From the NCBI RefSeq assembly GCF_009914755.1, contig NC_060925.1: a stretch of 64,000 nt of DNA; one strand, 5' to 3'. A model generated the notes under the pieces. That model worked only from the letters and a program-made list of their open reading frames with translations, was not told where the DNA came from and did not search any database. The position numbers and the translations under genes were made by a program. Source of the stretch: the human T2T-CHM13v2.0 reference genome, Homo sapiens. The first letter of the stretch is position 1. The number at the start of each line of letters is the position of its first letter. Shown here one piece after another: positions 60,401-64,000 of the stretch.

Positions 60401-63400
60401 ATGGAATGAAATCCAGTGTGATCATCATCGAATGGACCCGAATGGAATCATCATCCAACGGATGCTAATGGAATCAACATCGAATGAATCAAATGGAAAC
60501 ACCATCGAATTGAAACGTATGGAATTACCATGAAATTGAAATGGATGGACTCATCATCGAATGGATTCGAAAGGAATCAACGAATAAAATTCATTGAAAT
60601 CATCATCGAATGGAATCGAATGGTATCATTGAATGGAATCGAATGGAATCATCATCAGATGGAAATGAATGGAATCGTCATAGAATGGAATCGAATGGAT
60701 TCATTGAATGGAATCAGATGGAATCATCGAATGGACTGGAATGGAATCATTGAATGGACTCGAAAGAGATCATGATTGAATGGAATTGAATGGAATCATC
60801 AAATGGTCTCGATTGGAATCATTATCAAATGGAATCGAATGGAATCACCGAATAGAATCGAATGGAACAATCATCGAATGGACTCAAATGGAATTATCCT
60901 CAAATGGAATCGAATGGAATTATCGAATGCAATCGAATGGAATTATCGAATGCAATCGAATAGAATCATCGAATGGACTTGAATGGAATCATCGAATGGA
61001 ATGGAATGGAACAGTCAATGAACTCGAATGGAATCATCATTGAATGGAATCGAATGGAATCATCGAGTGGAATCGAATGGAATTATGATCAAATGGAATC
61101 GAATGTAATCATCTTCAAATGGAATCAAAAATAACCATCATCAATTGGTATTGAATGGAATTGTCATGAAATGGAATTCAAAGGAATCATCATCAAATGG
61201 AACCGAATGGAATCCTCATTGAATGGAAATGAAAGGGGTCATCATCTAATGGAATCGCATGGAATCATCATCAAATGGAATCGAATGGAATCATCATCAA
61301 ATGGAATCTAAAGGAATCATTGAACAGAATTTAATGGAATCGTCATTGAATGAATTGAATGCAATCATCGAATGGTCTCGAATGGAACCATCTTCTAATG
61401 GAAAGGAATGGAATCATCGCATAGAATCGAATGGAATTGTCATCGAATGGAATCGAATGGTATCAACACCAAACGGAAAAAAACGGAATTATCGAATGGA
61501 ATCGAAGAGAATCTTCGAACGGACCCGAATGGAATCATCTAATGTAATGGAATGGAATAATCCAAGGACTCGAATGCAATCATCATCGAATGGAATCGAA
61601 TGGAATCATCGAATGGACTCGAATGGAATAATCATTGAACGGAATCGAATGGAATCCTCATCGGATGGAAACGAATGGAATCATCATCGAATGGGAATGA
61701 AAGGAGTCATCATCTAATGGAATTGCATGGAATCATCATAAAATGGAATCGAATGGAATCAACATCAAATGGAATCAAATGGAATCATTGAAGGGAATTG
61801 AATGGAATCGTCATCGAATGAATTGAATGCAATCATCGAATGGTCTCGAATGGAATCATCTTCAAATGGAATGGAATGGAATCATCGCATAGAATCGAAT
61901 GGAATTATCATCGAATGGAATCGAATGGAATCAACACCAAACGGAAAAAAACGGAATTATCAAATGGAATCGAAGAGAATCATCGAATGGACCCAAATGG
62001 AATCATCTAACGGAATGGAATGGAATAATCCATGGACTCGAATGCAATCATCATCGAATGGAATCGAATGGAATCATCGAATGGACTCGAATGGAATAAT
62101 CATTGAACGGAATCAAATGGAATCATCATCGGATGGAAATGAATGGAATCGTCATCGAATGGAATCGAATAGAATTATGGAATGAAATCCAGTGTGATCA
62201 TCATCGAATGGACCTGAATTGAATCATCATCCAATGGAAGCTAATGGAATCAACATCGAATGAATCAAATTGAAACACCATCGAATTGAAACGAATGGAA
62301 TTACCATGAAATTGAAATGGATGGACTCATCATCGAATGGATTCGAAAGGAATCATCGAATAAAATTGATTGAAATCATCATCGAATGGAATCGAATGGT
62401 ATCATTGAATGGAATCGAATGGAATCATCATCAGATGGAAATGAATGGAATCGTCATAGAATGGAATCGAATGGATTCATTGAATGGAATCAGATGGAAT
62501 CATCGAATGGACTGGAATGGAATCATTGAATGGACTCGAAAGAGATCATGATTGAATGGAATTGAATGGAATCATCGAATGGTCTCGATTGGAATCATTA
62601 TCAAATGGAATCGAATGGAATCACCGAATAGAATCGAATGGAACAATCATCGAATGGACTCAAATGGAATTATCCTCAAATGGAATCGAATGGAATTATC
62701 GAATGCAATCGAATGGAATTATCGAATGCAATCGAATAGAATCATCGAATGGACTCGAATGGAATCATCGAATGGAATGGAATGGAACAGTCAATGAACT
62801 CGAATGGAATCATCATTGAATGGAATCGAATGGAATCATCGAGTGGAATCGAATGGAATTATGATCAAATGGAATCGAATGTAATCATCATCAAATGGAA
62901 TCAAAAATAACCATCATCAATTGGAATTGAATGGAATTGTCATCAAATGGATTTCAAAGGAAACATCATCAAATGGAACCGAATGGAATCCTCATTGAAT
63001 GGAAATGAAAGGGGTCATCATCTAATGGAATCACATGGAATCATCATCAAATGGAATCGAATGGAATCATCATCAAATGGAATCTAATGGAATCATTGAA
63101 CAGAATTTAATGGAATCGTCATCGAATGAATTGAATGCAATCATCGAATGGTCTCGAATGGAACCATCTTCTAATGGAAAGGAATGGAATCATCGCATAG
63201 AATCGAATGGAATTATCATCGAATGGAATCGAATGGTATCAACACCAAACGGAAAAAAACGGAATTATCGAATGGAATCGAAGAGAATCTTCGAACGGAC
63301 CCGAATGGAATCATCTAATGGAATGGAATGGAATAATCCATGGACTCGAATGCAATCATCATCGAATGGAATCGAATGGAATCATCGAATGGACTCGAAT

Positions 63401-64000
63401 GGAATAATCATTGAACGGAATCGAATGGAATCATCATCGGATGGAAACGAATGGAATCATCATCGAATGGGAATGAAAGGAGTCATCATCTAATGGAATT
63501 GCATGTAATCATCATAAAATGGAATCGAATGGAATCAACATCAAATGGAATCAAATGGAATCATTGAACGGAATTGAATGGAATCGTCATCGAATGAATT
63601 AAATGCAATCATCGAATGGTCTCGAATGGAATCATCTTCAAATGGAATGGAATGGAATCATCGCATAGAATCGAATGGAATTATCATCGAATGGAATCGA
63701 ATGGAATCAACACCAAACGGAAAAAAACGGAATTATCGAATGGAATCGAAGAGAATCATCGAATGGACCCGAATGGAATCATCTAATGGAATGGAATGGA
63801 ATAATCCATGGACTCGAATGCAATCATCATCGAATGGAATCGAATGGAATCATCGAATGGACTCGAATGGAATAATCATTGAACGGAATCAAATGGAATC
63901 ATCATCGGATGGAAATGAATGGAATCGTCATCGAATGGAATCGAATAGAATTATGGAATGAAATCCAGTGTGATCATCATCGAATGGACCTGAATGGAAT
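45421..64000 (+). repeat. Mixed run of 1776/1777-bp units with extra-A units (45421-47664, 59116-61333) and A-less units (54770-56077, 57854-59115); last unit truncated by the window edge
   Basis: Block starts 45421, 45889, 46357, 47665, 48133, 49441, 49909, 51218, 51686, 52994, 53462, 54770, 56078, 56546, 57854, 59116, 59584, 60026, 61334, 61802, 63110, 63578. Confidence 0.88.

Larger units (their letters stand above)
1..64000 (+). repeat. Human satellite II (HSat2/HSATII) tandem array, purine-rich GAATG strand on +; ~1.78-kb higher-order unit, most consistent with the 1q12 (pUC1.77/D1Z1-type, HSat2A) array
   Basis: Seen: entire window built of GAATG/GAATC pentamer derivatives with abundant ATCATCGAATGGAATCGAATGG and TCGA sites (HSat2 signature, unlike the long perfect GGAAT runs of HSat3); landmarks recur every 1776 bp (e.g. 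34764, 36540, 38316, 40092, 41868, 43644). Established: a 1.77-kb EcoRI unit is the classical chr1 satellite II repeat. Family call is secure; chromosome is inference. Confidence 0.97.

Noticed and set aside
16-63961. Hundreds of 60-163 aa plus-strand ORFs (MESSSNELNAIIEW..., MKLKWMDSSS..., etc.)
   Set aside because: Translations of GAATG-derived repeats (MEWN/GIEW/ESS); they overlap in several frames, recur with the repeat period, are freely broken by stops and frameshifts, and show no domain or gene structure. Used only as phase markers.
1-64000. CRISPR-like or other repeat-spacer system
   Set aside because: No unique spacers between constant repeats and no associated genes; intervening sequence is itself satellite and repeats at 468/1308/1776 bp.
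1-64000. HSat3 or alpha satellite assignment
   Set aside because: No long perfect (GGAAT)n tracts or 171-bp monomers; dense ATCATCGAATGG/TCGA content is HSat2.
1-64000. Inversion, LINE/Alu insertion or unique-sequence island
   Set aside because: No switch to the CATTC strand and no non-satellite segment seen; all block spacings are accounted for by satellite-internal indels.

Overview
The whole 64 kb window is one uninterrupted, single-orientation tandem array of human satellite II (HSat2/HSATII): a diverged, TCGA/CpG-rich (GAATG)n derivative with ATCATCGAATGGAATCGAATGG-type ~23/26-bp subunits. The dominant higher-order unit is 1776 bp with one EcoRI site (GAATTC, e.g. 1584-1589). This matches the classical 1.77-kb pUC1.77/D1Z1 repeat of 1q12 heterochromatin (HSat2A type), but the chromosome assignment is inferred, not searched. 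Each unit is a 468-bp block A plus a 1308-bp block B whose first ~350 bp and last ~110 bp are paralogous to A. About 39 units can be phased from the spacing of the recurring pseudo-ORF starts. I see no genes, mobile elements, RNA genes, CRISPR or inversion; all listed ORFs are by-products of the repeat. I did not find a new protein-coding system. What is notable is the array's recombination record: an eight-copy 1308-bp sub-array with a length-neutral 26-bp loss/gain, five copies of a 713-bp deletion unit, a 5-6.6-kb nested duplication, a near-identical 1776-bp triplet, a divergent conversion-like patch, indels of 23/26/46 bp, and periodic DUX4-consensus matches.
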